This document shows positions 1-11,351 of a stretch of 64,000 nt of DNA, piece after piece (position 1 is the stretch's first letter; each line of letters begins with the position of its first letter). The notes below the pieces were generated by a model. The model saw only the letters and a program-made list of their open reading frames with translations. It had not been told where the DNA came from and did not search any database. The stretch covers positions 64,001 to 128,000 of the forward strand of contig CAXXSM010000130.1 in assembly GCA_963663405.2 (NCBI GenBank). Reading direction: 5' to 3'. Origin of the DNA: a bacterium (lineage in GTDB: Bacteria; Hinthialibacterota; Hinthialibacteria; Hinthialibacterales; Hinthialibacteraceae). Position numbers and translations under genes: made by a program.

Positions 1-1
1 A

Positions 2-1678
2 CCGACGTTTGCTCCGCTTTTTGCTAGTGATGATCGCTTTGATTCGGAAATTCTTGTCCATCATCTTGGGGATTATGTCGATCTCTTTGTTCATCCAATC
101 ACAGGAAATTTGGTTTTCCAGTATGAATACTTGTCAAGAAAGATCTATTCATTGGCGCCTACTGATCGTATTGTTGACCTTAGTCAAATCGAACCGTCTT
201 TGGAGTTCAAGGATTCGATTGATTTCCGGTTGCATGCTGTGCATCCGGATGGATGGTTCTATGGAGTTCAAAGTACTGCATTTATGAATTTCATGGTTCA
301 ACGAGTACCCGATAATGGTTTCCTGGATACAAGTTTTTCCTCGTTTGAGGCGAAACCCCGCGCTTTACATATCGTCTGCGAATCCGACACCATCCCCGAC
401 GCTGAACCTGGAGATGTATTGATTTTAGGAGAAAAGGATGAGCATCGAATTGCTTGGATTTGGAATCTTGATCCTTATGAGCTAATCAATATCAGCGCTC
501 CCTGTGATGATCCTACATTGCCCTGTGAGACGCCGTTGTATGTCCCCGAAGTGGTACCCTTAATGCCAGATGAAGATATTCCCATCTGTCCCCAGGACTG
601 GACGATTGGTCCTGATGGAGCGCTTTACTTATTGGTATATGACCTCGGCCTAATTAATACGAGTAAAGTGTATCGCTTGGGTATGGATAAAAAGTTTAAA
701 GAAGCGTTCCATTTCTCGCTCGGAGAAGGATATTATGATATTACATATTGTCCTGCCGCGCGCTCATTCTTCTTCCTGAATAATTCACCTCGAAGCCTAG
801 TGAGGATTTCGGAAGATGGTTCAGAGATTAAAAAGATGGAATATTCCGATGGATTTATCTATGATATAGCGACATCATTGGATGGAACGGCCGTATATTT
901 ATCGTACAAAGATTATCCAATATCAGAACGTAATTCCATCGAAGTCCTGCGATACAAAGGCGAGGTTTCAACCCCTACGCCCATTCCTTCTGAACCGACA
1001 CCAATCCCAACCCCCATTCCCGGCTGGTTCGTCCTAGATGGCTTCGGCGGTGTTCATTCGTCTAATCCAGAGATCGAACGGCCCGTACTTCCCTATTTCG
1101 CCCCTTACAATATTGTTAGGGATATCGAACCAGATCCCTTAGGCCGTGGATGGTATATGCTGGACGGCCTTGGGGGTATTCACACTTCTTCACCAGATCT
1201 CCCGCGTCCTATGACGCTGCCCTATTTTAATTTCGACATTGCCCGCAACCTCGAAATCGTTTTGACTGACCATGGTCTAGAATTCTATATGCTGGATGGA
1301 TTCGGTACCATTCACACTTCTACGGGTGAACCGTTTGAATATGGTGATCTCCCCTGGTTGGGGGCCGATCTCGCGCGTGAACTTGAACCCGATCCCAAGG
1401 GAGAAGGATGGCTAATGTTGGATGGATATGGCATTATGTACTCCACCCATCGGTCTGAACATGATTTTCCATTAAGCGCGTCGTTCCATTCAAATCCCGT
1501 AGCCCGTGGCATGGTCCGCTTCCCCGATGAAACCACGGTCCTCATCGACGCCTTCGGAGGCCGCCACACCAACCCATTCTACCCCGCCGTAGACGTCATC
1601 AACGGCCTCCCCCCCGAATTCTACTTCTATGGATTCGACATCATCTGGGATGTCGAAACCGTGCCAGCCGCTCAATAG
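2..1678 (+). CDS. Modular secreted/surface protein, 5'-partial (propeller-like module + PT linker + GWxxLDGxG C-terminal domain)
   Basis: Frame is open from the window edge (PTFAPLFASDDRFDSEILVHH...), so the true start lies upstream. Paralogous to the next three ORFs. Confidence 0.85.
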   Translation, partial: PTFAPLFASDDRFDSEILVHHLGDYVDLFVHPITGNLVFQYEYLSRKIYSLAPTDRIVDLSQIEPSLEFKDSIDFRLHAVHPDGWFYGVQSTAFMNFMVQRVPDNGFLDTSFSSFEAKPRALHIVCESDTIPDAEPGDVLILGEKDEHRIAWIWNLDPYELINISAPCDDPTLPCETPLYVPEVVPLMPDEDIPICPQDWTIGPDGALYLLVYDLGLINTSKVYRLGMDKKFKEAFHFSLGEGYYDITYCPAARSFFFLNNSPRSLVRISEDGSEIKKMEYSDGFIYDIATSLDGTAVYLSYKDYPISERNSIEVLRYKGEVSTPTPIPSEPTPIPTPIPGWFVLDGFGGVHSSNPEIERPVLPYFAPYNIVRDIEPDPLGRGWYMLDGLGGIHTSSPDLPRPMTLPYFNFDIARNLEIVLTDHGLEFYMLDGFGTIHTSTGEPFEYGDLPWLGADLARELEPDPKGEGWLMLDGYGIMYSTHRSEHDFPLSASFHSNPVARGMVRFPDETTVLIDAFGGRHTNPFYPAVDVINGLPPEFYFYGFDIIWDVETVPAAQ

Positions 1679-1713
1679 TGATTAAGAATCGTCATCAACG
1701 AATAAGGAGCCTT

Positions 1714-4700
1714 ATGATGATCGTATCATCCAAGTCATTTCCCTTGTTTGTCTTTTTATCATTCATAGTGAACGTTCTATTCATAAATCCATCTCACGCC
1801 GCCATTTTTTCAGAAACCCCCACCAATACCCCACCCCCGCCGTTTGATCCCATTCAATTGAGTGATGACCGGTTTCAAACAGATATCCTTTATTACAATG
1901 TGGGGATTCGCGGTGTGCTCGATATCGATCCTTTAACAGGAAACTTGGTTTTCCAAAAAGATTTAAATTTAGTCAGTCTCTATTTATTATCACCGCCAGA
2001 TCATCCTGTCTGGATCAAGCAAGTCGAGCCGTCCATCGATGTGAAAATCCCATATAACACGCGGATCCAGGCGGCCGATTCGTATGGAAGATACTATGGG
2101 ATATACGATTATATCGCTCCCTATTCTGTTGTCACGAGAGTGAATAAAGATGGGCTGCATGATATCAGTCTCGCTCTAATCCCCGCTAAATGCCTGGGAA
2201 TGCATGTTGTGAATGAAATGGATAAGATCCCCGGCGTCAAAACGGGAGATCTATTGGTGTTCGGAGAAAAAGTAGATTGGACAATGGGGATTTGGATCAT
2301 CGATCCCAATGAACCGATCCTGCTAACACCAATCAGTTACGATCCTCCAGATCCTTTACCTGAACTGGAATGTTCAACGCCGGAGAAGAAAATCCCACTC
2401 AATCCCATCGATTGGACCATTGGCCCGGATGGCGTGCTCTGTCTTCTCGCGCATGATCCAGACCAAAGCGATCGCCGCGTACTCTATCGGTTAGACATGG
2501 ATGGCGCATTGATAGAAATCTATCAATTCCTCCCCGGAGAAAGATTTACCGCATTCACTTATCTCCCCGCCGATCGCGCCTTCTATCTATTAAAAGATAT
2601 AGATAGCGATGATTACAAAAGCGTCGTGAGAATTCCGGAAGATGGCGCCGGTATGGAAGAGATCCCATATACGGGCGGAGAAATCTACAGCCTTGTCACA
2701 TCGTTGGATGGTACGGCCATTTTTCTATTAAGCAAATATCCCGGAAATTCCATGCGGGATTCAATTCAAGTCCTGCGATACAAACAAGATGGCGTCATTC
2801 CAACACCCACAATCGCTCCAACGAACACCCCCGCGCCGACCTATGGGCCGCTGTTTGTGAGCAATGACCGGCATGAATCCAAGATCCTTATCCGCAATTC
2901 GGGAAACGGCGGTGCAATCGCCGTCCATCCAATCACAGGAAACATTGTTTTTCAGGATGATTTCTACTCAAAATATATCTACTCCATCTCTCCACCAGAC
3001 CATTCCGTCAGCCTCAGTCAATATGAACCATTATTGACAGGTAAATATTCAAGCGAATACCAAAATACGGACTTTTTTCAACTCCATGCTCTCCACCCGG
3101 ATGGATGGACCTACGGAATCGACGACAATCAACAACCAGAATATTTCGCGCCATCAAGATTAACAGAAAATGGATACATGGACAGTTTCATCGTTGGTTT
3201 AGTCGCTGAATTCCGTGGCATGCTAATCGTCAAGGATACCGATAACATCCCCGGCGCCGAACCTTGGGATATTTTGGTTTTAAGCGAATATGAAGACCGA
3301 AACACAGGTATACGGAATGTCGATCCCTATAAAATGATGATGAGTGGAGAACCGGCTGATCCTCTTATACAAGAATCTCCTATAGAAATCCCCGAAGTGA
3401 CAGTTTTACTGCCAAACACGGATATTCCAAAGGGACCCATAGATTGGAACATCGGCCCCGGTGGAACGCTCCATCTCTTAACGTACGACCGTGAATCCAA
3501 CCGCTGTATAGTCCATCGCCTGGATGTGGATCGTAATTTTAGAGAAGTGTTTCACTTCTCCCCCGGCGAGGATATCACCGCCTTCGCATACCTCCCCGCT
3601 GAAGGCGCGTTCTATTTTCTGAAAAATCCTTATCAAAACGATACAAAAAGCATCGTGAGAATTCCTGAAGATGGCTCCACAATGGAAGAAATGCCCTATT
3701 CCGGAGGAGAGGTCTACGACATAACAACATCATTGGATGGAACCACCTTATATCTCTTGTACCAAGATTCCAGATTTCCCGACTGGAATTCCATCCAAGC
3801 TCTGCAATATGTAGGAGAGAAGATATCGTTTACACCGACCAGTACACCAACACCAACTGTAACACCTACATTTGCGCCGGTCCTTGAGAGTACGGACCTG
3901 CTTGATTACGATCTTTTCGTTCGCTATACCGGCCAGCATGTTTATCTTACCATCCATCCAATCACAGGTGACTTGGTTTTCCAGGATGATGTATATTCGA
4001 ATAAAATCTTTTCACTGCCTCCCCTAGACAGTCAATTTGACCTTAATCAAATCGAACCATTTCTCCAAACGGATGACTCGGTCCGCATTCTTTTACAAGC
4101 CATACACCCAGATGGATGGATTTATGGGATTCGTGGAAGAGATAGTGTGAAGTTTAAAGTTGAAAGACTGACACAAGATGGATTGTTAGATCCTGTTATC
4201 GCTTCGTTTCAAGCCAGATTCCGTGATATGCATATTGTTAGCGAAACGGATACTATTCCTGGAACCGAAATTGGTGATGTATTGGTTTTAGCTGAGAAAG
4301 AAGATCGTGTCGCAGGGATTTGGGTACTCGATCCAAATAAAACAATCAATCTTAGCGCTCCTTGTGACGATCCTTTGCTCCCTTGTGAAACACCAGTGTT
4401 GGTTCCCGAAATGACGTCTTTGCTGCCAGATGGGGATATTCCTATCTGTCCGAAGGATTGGACGATTGGTCCGGGCGGAGCGCTTTATTTATTGACGCAC
4501 AATCAGGATAAGGTGTATCGCTTGGATATGGATAAACAGTTCCGGGAAGTGTTTCATTTCCCCATTGGAGGAGGCTACCTTGCGTTTACTTATCTACCCG
4601 CCGATCGCGCGTTCTATTTTCTCAAAGATTCAGCGCATGGCAAAGGTCAGATCATAGTTCGAATCGAAGAAGATGGTACCGGTATATCAGAGATGCGTTA

Positions 4701-5532
4701 TTCGAATGGTGAATTCTATGGCCTTACAACTTCGTTGGATGGAACGGCTATTTATTTATTGCATCATTGGGGAGCAGATCGAAATTCCATCCAAATCCTG
4801 CGATATAAAGGCAAGGTCACTACACCTACACCTACTCCCTTTGAATCCACACCGGCGCCCACTCCCATTCCCGGCTGGTTCGTTTTGGATGGATTCGGTG
4901 GTATTCATTCAACAAATCCAGAACTTGAACGACCGGTACTCCCCTATTTTGCCCCTTACAATATTGTTAGAGATATCGAACCAGATCCATTAGGCCGGGG
5001 ATGGTATATGCTCGATGGTCTTGGAGTGGTGCACACCTCTTCCCCTGATCTTCCGTATCCCATCGGGCTGCCCTATTTCGGCTTCGATATCGCCCGCAAT
5101 CTCGAAATCATTTCAACGGAGAATGGCCTTGAATTTTATATGCTGGATGGATTCGGGGTTGTTCACACCTCAACGGGGGATTCATTTGAATATGGTAATC
5201 TTCCTTGGTTTGGAGCCGACCTTGCCAGAGAACTTGAACCTGGTCCGAATGGCAAATCTTGGCTCGTATTGGATGCCTATGGGTATCTACACTCTAGCCA
5301 ATGGACCGGATATGATTTGCCCCTAAGCGTGCCTTATCATCAAAACTTGATCGCCCGCGGAATGGTCCGCTTCCCCGATGAAACCACGGTCCTCATCGAC
5401 GGCTTTGGAGGCCGCCACACCAATCCATTCTACCCCGCTGTGGATGTCGTCGACGGCCTCCCCCCCGAATTCTACTTCTGGGGATTCGATATCATTTGGG
5501 ATATCGAAACCGTCCCGGCTACACAGCAATAA
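1714..5532 (+). CDS. Large modular secreted protein: three related ~330-aa propeller-like modules, PT linkers, shared C-terminal domain
   Basis: AAGGAG precedes ATG at 1714. Signal peptide ends SHA-A. HPITGNLVFQ/DWTIGPxG/SLDGTA motifs recur three times. Confidence 0.85.
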   Translation: MMIVSSKSFPLFVFLSFIVNVLFINPSHAAIFSETPTNTPPPPFDPIQLSDDRFQTDILYYNVGIRGVLDIDPLTGNLVFQKDLNLVSLYLLSPPDHPVWIKQVEPSIDVKIPYNTRIQAADSYGRYYGIYDYIAPYSVVTRVNKDGLHDISLALIPAKCLGMHVVNEMDKIPGVKTGDLLVFGEKVDWTMGIWIIDPNEPILLTPISYDPPDPLPELECSTPEKKIPLNPIDWTIGPDGVLCLLAHDPDQSDRRVLYRLDMDGALIEIYQFLPGERFTAFTYLPADRAFYLLKDIDSDDYKSVVRIPEDGAGMEEIPYTGGEIYSLVTSLDGTAIFLLSKYPGNSMRDSIQVLRYKQDGVIPTPTIAPTNTPAPTYGPLFVSNDRHESKILIRNSGNGGAIAVHPITGNIVFQDDFYSKYIYSISPPDHSVSLSQYEPLLTGKYSSEYQNTDFFQLHALHPDGWTYGIDDNQQPEYFAPSRLTENGYMDSFIVGLVAEFRGMLIVKDTDNIPGAEPWDILVLSEYEDRNTGIRNVDPYKMMMSGEPADPLIQESPIEIPEVTVLLPNTDIPKGPIDWNIGPGGTLHLLTYDRESNRCIVHRLDVDRNFREVFHFSPGEDITAFAYLPAEGAFYFLKNPYQNDTKSIVRIPEDGSTMEEMPYSGGEVYDITTSLDGTTLYLLYQDSRFPDWNSIQALQYVGEKISFTPTSTPTPTVTPTFAPVLESTDLLDYDLFVRYTGQHVYLTIHPITGDLVFQDDVYSNKIFSLPPLDSQFDLNQIEPFLQTDDSVRILLQAIHPDGWIYGIRGRDSVKFKVERLTQDGLLDPVIASFQARFRDMHIVSETDTIPGTEIGDVLVLAEKEDRVAGIWVLDPNKTINLSAPCDDPLLPCETPVLVPEMTSLLPDGDIPICPKDWTIGPGGALYLLTHNQDKVYRLDMDKQFREVFHFPIGGGYLAFTYLPADRAFYFLKDSAHGKGQIIVRIEEDGTGISEMRYSNGEFYGLTTSLDGTAIYLLHHWGADRNSIQILRYKGKVTTPTPTPFESTPAPTPIPGWFVLDGFGGIHSTNPELERPVLPYFAPYNIVRDIEPDPLGRGWYMLDGLGVVHTSSPDLPYPIGLPYFGFDIARNLEIISTENGLEFYMLDGFGVVHTSTGDSFEYGNLPWFGADLARELEPGPNGKSWLVLDAYGYLHSSQWTGYDLPLSVPYHQNLIARGMVRFPDETTVLIDGFGGRHTNPFYPAVDVVDGLPPEFYFWGFDIIWDIETVPATQQ

Positions 5533-5550
5533 GTAAAAAGGAACTGTACG

Positions 5551-8340
5551 ATGGTATTATTCCGTAAACTATTCATTCTATATGTCTTAGCATTTGCTAT
5601 GACAACATCCGTAATCCCATCTCACGGGGCTGTTACATCCGAAACGCCAACGGAAACCCCAACAGTAGTTCCCAATCTTCCCGATCTTCTCCATATCACG
5701 CTGGATTCTAACCATGAATTAAAACGGCTTGTTCGGGATACATCTTCCGAAGTCTGTTTAGCGGCGCAAGCGGAGACAGGGGATTTGTATTGCATGGATC
5801 GAGCAAGAAAAAACTGGATTGAAATCCATAAGATTTCGCCTTTTCTATCCGATCAAGTTCGACAGGAAATGAAAAGCGGCCTGATTCGTTCGTTTGATTT
5901 GAAAGCAACAAGGTCGTTAATCGATCTTGCCGTGGATAGTGATGAAACCATCTATGCGATGACTAGATATGAATCTATCGATGATGATATGGATAGGGTT
6001 TTGATTATGAAACCGGATATTTCGAGGATTCGAGAATATTCGTTCGGATATACGCATGGAATATTGATTGTTGACAACGGCGCTTTGATCGCCGGCGTAA
6101 ATCCTCCCGATGTGCTATTGATTAAAAACTACCATGAGAACGATCAGGTGCTTCAATACGATCCATATGGAAATCGCCCAATTACAGCGCTAATAAGATC
6201 AGAACAAATTAATAATTCACCAATCCGTGATTTCATCATTGGACGCGAGAATCTTCTCAACCTATTAGTCCAGGGAAAAAATCAATCCACAAAGATTTAT
6301 CTGTTCAAAGAGGATGATGTGGTAGAATTAACTCGCGGTGGTATCCTTCCCGGTTATATTCCACATCAATTCGCTTATTTGGCTATGGAACAATCATTTT
6401 ATATCGCTGCGGAAAACACAGAAAATAAACATGTTCTCTTTCGTGTTTCTAAGGATGGATTATCGGTCGAAAAGGTGGGAGATATCGGCGCCGTTTTCAG
6501 CATGGTCTCTACCAAAGATGGAAGGAATCTCTATTTCACGAATCCTTTATCTGAAAACATATCAGCTATCTATGCGTTAACGTATACGGGACCGGGGGTT
6601 ACGCCGACGCCCTCCTTCACACCGACGATCACACCGACTCCTTCCTGTACTCCCACGAACACGCTTACACCTTCCAACACGCCGACCGTTACTCCAACGC
6701 CGACATTTGGGCCGGTTCAATGGAGTGAAGACCGGTATGAAACCGATATCCTTGTACATCATACCGGGGAGAATATTTTTCTCGCGATCCACCCGGTTTC
6801 AGGAAACTTGGTTTTCCAAAGAGATTGGTATTCGAGAAGTCCCTATTCATTGTCTCCTTCAGAGGGCCCCTATGATCTGCATTCTGTCGAACCGTCATTC
6901 TATATTAGTAAGCCGGTCAATTTCCTTTTGCATGCCATTCATCCAGATGGAAGGATGTATGGAATTAAAGATAATTACGCCTATTCCAAGATAAACGTTC
7001 AGAGATTAACCCAAACTGGCTTCTTGGATTATGTTTATGACTCACTAGAAGCCAAATTCCAAGCCATGCATATCGTGAGTGAAACCGATAACATCCCCGG
7101 AACCGTAAAGGGGGATGTATTGATCTTAGGTGAAAAAAAAAGACATAAAACGGGGATTTGGAAGATCCATCATGGTGAATCTCCCACGCAAGTTCCCGAA
7201 GTGGAGCCTTTGCTGCCAGATGAGGATCTCCCGATCTATCCACTCGATTGGACGATCGGACCGGGCGGATCTCTCTATCTATTGACGTATGATTCGATTG
7301 TTAGCTATCGATGCAAAATTCATCGCTTGGATATGGATAACAAGTTCAGGGAAGTGTTTCACTTTTCCCTCGGAGAGACGTATATGGGCATCACCTACTT
7401 CCCAGCCGATCATGCTTTCTTCTTTCCGATGGTTCCGCATAGCAACTATAATAGCATCACGAGAATCTCGGAAGATGGTTCCCAAATCTCAGAGATGCTG
7501 TATTCGAATGGAAGAATCTATGATCTCGTTACATCACTGGATGGAATGGCGCTTTATTTATTGTTTAGACATTCCTATATCTCAGAACGGAATTGCATTC
7601 AAGTCCTTCGTTACAAAGGAGATATACATACGCCAACGCCCACTCCCTCTATGCCGACTCCGGCGCCGACACCCATTCCCGGCTGGTTTGTTCTCGATGG
7701 ATACGGCGGTATCCACATGTCTAATCCAGAAACCGGACGGCCCTTACTTCCCTATTTTGCTCCCTACGACATTGCAAGAGATATCGAACCAGATCCATTA
7801 GGACGGGGATGGTATATGTTGGACGGTTTGGGTGTAGTCCATACGTCTTCACCCGATCTGCCGCGTCCCGTCGGGCTGCCCTATTTTGGTTTTGACATCG
7901 CCCGCAATCTCGAAGTCGTCTCGACGGAGAATGGTTTAGAGTTTTATATGCTGGATGGGCATGGAGTCGTTCACACCTCTACGGGAAAGCCCTTTGATTA
8001 TGGCTATCTCCCCTGGCTGGGGGAAGACCTTGCGCGCGATCTCGAACCGGATCCAAAGAGTGAAGGATGGCTCATATTGGATGGGTACGGCGCAATCCAT
8101 TTCAGCCATCGACGCCTCTATGATTATCCCTTAGAAGCGCCGTTTGATAGCAATCCCCTCGCCCGTGGTATGGTCCGTTTTCCCGATGAAACTACAGTTA
8201 TTATCGACGGCTTCGGAGGCCGCCACACCAACCCATTCTGGCCCGCTGTGGATGTCGTCGACGGCCTGTCACCCGAATTCTACTTCTGGGGATTCGACAT
8301 CATTTGGGATATCGAAACTGTACCGGCTGCACAGCAATAA
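5551..8340 (+). CDS. Modular secreted protein (module B + module A + shared C-terminal domain)
   Basis: 929-aa ORF with signal peptide, long TP linkers and the PIPGWFVLDG C-terminal domain. Confidence 0.85.
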   Translation: MVLFRKLFILYVLAFAMTTSVIPSHGAVTSETPTETPTVVPNLPDLLHITLDSNHELKRLVRDTSSEVCLAAQAETGDLYCMDRARKNWIEIHKISPFLSDQVRQEMKSGLIRSFDLKATRSLIDLAVDSDETIYAMTRYESIDDDMDRVLIMKPDISRIREYSFGYTHGILIVDNGALIAGVNPPDVLLIKNYHENDQVLQYDPYGNRPITALIRSEQINNSPIRDFIIGRENLLNLLVQGKNQSTKIYLFKEDDVVELTRGGILPGYIPHQFAYLAMEQSFYIAAENTENKHVLFRVSKDGLSVEKVGDIGAVFSMVSTKDGRNLYFTNPLSENISAIYALTYTGPGVTPTPSFTPTITPTPSCTPTNTLTPSNTPTVTPTPTFGPVQWSEDRYETDILVHHTGENIFLAIHPVSGNLVFQRDWYSRSPYSLSPSEGPYDLHSVEPSFYISKPVNFLLHAIHPDGRMYGIKDNYAYSKINVQRLTQTGFLDYVYDSLEAKFQAMHIVSETDNIPGTVKGDVLILGEKKRHKTGIWKIHHGESPTQVPEVEPLLPDEDLPIYPLDWTIGPGGSLYLLTYDSIVSYRCKIHRLDMDNKFREVFHFSLGETYMGITYFPADHAFFFPMVPHSNYNSITRISEDGSQISEMLYSNGRIYDLVTSLDGMALYLLFRHSYISERNCIQVLRYKGDIHTPTPTPSMPTPAPTPIPGWFVLDGYGGIHMSNPETGRPLLPYFAPYDIARDIEPDPLGRGWYMLDGLGVVHTSSPDLPRPVGLPYFGFDIARNLEVVSTENGLEFYMLDGHGVVHTSTGKPFDYGYLPWLGEDLARDLEPDPKSEGWLILDGYGAIHFSHRRLYDYPLEAPFDSNPLARGMVRFPDETTVIIDGFGGRHTNPFWPAVDVVDGLSPEFYFWGFDIIWDIETVPAAQQ

Positions 8341-8353
8341 CAAAAGGAGCCGT

Positions 8354-11128
8354 ATGATGGTGTTACTCCATAACTCATTTATTCTATTCGTCTTAGCATT
8401 CACTATGATAACATCCGTAATCCCTTCTCACGCGGCTGTTACATCCGAAACGCCAACAGAAACCCCAATTGAAATCCCAACGGGAACGCCCACCCCCAAA
8501 CCGCCTCTCTCCGATCGTTTCAATATCCCCCCAGATGAGAATCACGAGTTGAAACGGCTCGTTCGGGATATGTCTCCAGATGTCTGTTTAGCGGTCCAAG
8601 CGGAAACAGGGGATTTATATTGCATGGATCGGGCCAACGATGACCGGGTAGAAATCCATAAAATCTCTCTAGATCAAATCGATCAAGTCCGATCGGAGAT
8701 GAACAGCGGCTTAGTATATTCTCTAGATTTAGATGTAAGGCGATCTTTAATCGATCTTGTCGTGGATTCTGATGAAACTGTCTATGCTTTGTATCGCGTT
8801 AATGAAAAGAATTGGATATTGGTATTCAATTCTGTCAATGAGTTGAATAAGAGTATTCAACTCGGTTTTACCAAAAAAATGCACATTGTTGAAGATGACG
8901 ATCTGATCTCCGGCGCCAATCCGTCAGAGATTCTATTGTTCTACAATCAGCATCGTAACAATCGAATCCTTCGATATGATCCAAAGGGAAATCAGCCACT
9001 CACTACATTACTCGATCTTAGAAAGACAAACATTTGTGATTTTATCATCGGGCGTCATAACTCTCTCTGTTTTTTAGCCAAGGACGAGTCCTCTTTTACA
9101 AGAATCATGATGTATGAATACAATCAGTGGAGAGAATTGACACCCAATGGAATCCTTCCGGATTCTAGCCCTCGCAAATTCGCCTATTTGGAAATGGAAA
9201 AATCATTCTATACCGTCGTGGAACATGGATACAATAAATTTTTACTCTTCCGTGTTTATGGCGATGGAGCCGTGGCCGGGAAGGTGGGAGAGATCGGATC
9301 TGTCCACAGCATGGTCTCTTCCAAAGATGGAAGGAGTCTTTATTTTACGAATCCTACGTCCGATGATGGATCGGTTATCTATGCGTTGTCGTATACGGGA
9401 CCGGATGTCACTCCGACTCCCTCCTTTACACCGACAAACACTCTAACTCCCTCCTTTACTCCAACCATCACGCCGACACCCACAATCACACCAACTCCCA
9501 CCATCACGCCGACCTATACTCCAACGCCGACCTATACTCCCACGCCGACATTTGGACCCATTCAATTGAGTGACGATCGGTTTGAGGTTGATCTCCTCAT
9601 TAATCATATTGGTGAACATGCTTTCCTCGCCGTCCATCCAAACACGGGAAACTTGGTTTTCCAGAGAGATTGGTATTCGAGAAGTCCCTATTCATTGCCT
9701 GCTTCAAGCAATCCAATAGATCTTAGACAAAAACAAATTAAACCAATATTCTACATCGATAAATCAGTCTCTTTTCTTTTGTATGCTGTACATCCGGATG
9801 GGTGGTTGTATGGTATTGATCGGAATTATCAAGTGCAGAGATTGAAACAAAATGGCGTATTGGATCGTGGCTTTAGATTATCTGAGGACTTTTTTCATAC
9901 CATGCATATTGTACGTGAAAACGATAGCATACCCGGCGTCACTAAAGGAGATGTACTAATCTTGACAGAAAAAGAAGATCAGACAACAAGAATTTGGAAA
10001 ATCAATCATAATGAAACTTCCACTCATGTTCCCTTTTTGGAATTGTACTTATCAGATGCGGATCTCCCGGTTTGTCCTTTGGACTGGACAATTGGACCAG
10101 GCGGAAATCTCTATTTATTATCATATGATTTGGGAGTAAGTGATCGATACAAACTCTACCGCTTGGATATGGATAAAAAGTTAAGAAATATGTTTTCTTT
10201 TCCTCTTGAAAAGAAATACTACGCAATCACATATCTCCCTGTCGATCGTGCTTTCTTCTTATTAAAGGAAAGATACATTCAAAGAATCTCAGATGATGGT
10301 TCTGAAGTTTCTATGATTGGGTATTCAGGAGGATCAATATATGATTTAACAGTATCGTTGGATGGAAGATCAATTTATTTATTATATAATGATTCCGGGT
10401 CAGGTGAATTGAATTCCATCCAAGCCCTCCGGCTAAAAGGAGATAAACCCACCTCGACTCCCATTCCCGGCTGGTTCGTCCTCGACGGATACGGCGGCGT
10501 CCATTCATCCAATCCAGAACTCGAACGTCCCATTCTCCCCTATTTCGCCCCATACAATATTGTTAGGGATATCGAACCGGATCCATTAGGCCGTGGATGG
10601 TATATGCTGGACGGCCTGGGTGGGATTCACACTTCTTCCCCCGATTTGCCGTATCCCATCGGGCTACCCTACTTTGACTTCGACATCGCTCGCAACCTTG
10701 AAATTGTCTCAACGGAGAATGGTCTCGAATTCTACATGCTGGATGGATTCGGAACCATTCACACCTCGACGGGTGAGCCGTTTGATTACGGATATCTACC
10801 TTGGTTTGGAATTGATCTCGCCCGTGATCTTGAACCTGATCCAGAATTCGGTGGGTGGTTTATTCTAGATGGATTCGGATTCTTGTACTTCAGTTATTGG
10901 CCCGAATCTGACTATCCTTTGGGACAGTCGTTCCCAAATGATCCCATAGCCCGTGGCATGGTCCGTTTCCCCGATGAAACCACAGTTATCATCGACGGCT
11001 TTGGAGGCCGTCACACCAATCCATTCTACCCCGCCGTGGATGTCGTCGAGGGGCTTCCCCCCGAATTCTACTTCTGGGGATTCGACATCATCTGGGATAT
11101 CGAAACCGTCCCAGAAAATATGCAATAA
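8354..11128 (+). CDS. Modular secreted protein (module B + module A + shared C-terminal domain)
   Basis: AAGGAG then ATG at 8354; the ORF-track start at 8144 overlaps the previous gene. N-terminus closely resembles that of the 5551 ORF. Confidence 0.85.
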   Translation: MMVLLHNSFILFVLAFTMITSVIPSHAAVTSETPTETPIEIPTGTPTPKPPLSDRFNIPPDENHELKRLVRDMSPDVCLAVQAETGDLYCMDRANDDRVEIHKISLDQIDQVRSEMNSGLVYSLDLDVRRSLIDLVVDSDETVYALYRVNEKNWILVFNSVNELNKSIQLGFTKKMHIVEDDDLISGANPSEILLFYNQHRNNRILRYDPKGNQPLTTLLDLRKTNICDFIIGRHNSLCFLAKDESSFTRIMMYEYNQWRELTPNGILPDSSPRKFAYLEMEKSFYTVVEHGYNKFLLFRVYGDGAVAGKVGEIGSVHSMVSSKDGRSLYFTNPTSDDGSVIYALSYTGPDVTPTPSFTPTNTLTPSFTPTITPTPTITPTPTITPTYTPTPTYTPTPTFGPIQLSDDRFEVDLLINHIGEHAFLAVHPNTGNLVFQRDWYSRSPYSLPASSNPIDLRQKQIKPIFYIDKSVSFLLYAVHPDGWLYGIDRNYQVQRLKQNGVLDRGFRLSEDFFHTMHIVRENDSIPGVTKGDVLILTEKEDQTTRIWKINHNETSTHVPFLELYLSDADLPVCPLDWTIGPGGNLYLLSYDLGVSDRYKLYRLDMDKKLRNMFSFPLEKKYYAITYLPVDRAFFLLKERYIQRISDDGSEVSMIGYSGGSIYDLTVSLDGRSIYLLYNDSGSGELNSIQALRLKGDKPTSTPIPGWFVLDGYGGVHSSNPELERPILPYFAPYNIVRDIEPDPLGRGWYMLDGLGGIHTSSPDLPYPIGLPYFDFDIARNLEIVSTENGLEFYMLDGFGTIHTSTGEPFDYGYLPWFGIDLARDLEPDPEFGGWFILDGFGFLYFSYWPESDYPLGQSFPNDPIARGMVRFPDETTVIIDGFGGRHTNPFYPAVDVVEGLPPEFYFWGFDIIWDIETVPENMQ

Positions 11129-11151
11129 TGGAGCGCGAGCGTCCCGTCCGC
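11129..11151 (+). repeat. Short REP-like palindromic element TGGAGCGCGAGCGTCCCGTCCGC
   Basis: Near-identical reverse-complement copy at 46771-46793. Both lie immediately after a stop codon. Confidence 0.6.
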
Positions 11152-11351
11152 AAAAAAAAGAAATTTAGTTAATTCTATATTGCCATACGAAGATGAGTTC
11201 AACGATATTTATTTCCATCCTGAATATCCTGCTTATCTTGCCCATCCCGATTCAGACAAATAGAAAATCGAATCATACTTTACAACCTTGAAGTCTCCCC
11301 TCTAATCCCTTACCTTATAGCCAATTCAAATCCAACATTCGGAGGACAATC

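Noticed and set aside
9405-9555. Short tandem DNA repeats (also 6595-6710) as a CRISPR array or VNTR element
   Set aside because: They are in-frame codons for Thr-Pro linkers. There are no unique spacers and no cas genes.
1000-11128. Near-identical 3' gene ends as a diversity-generating retroelement TR/VR set
   Set aside because: All copies are coding paralogs, the differences are not visibly adenine-specific, and the window has no reverse transcriptase.
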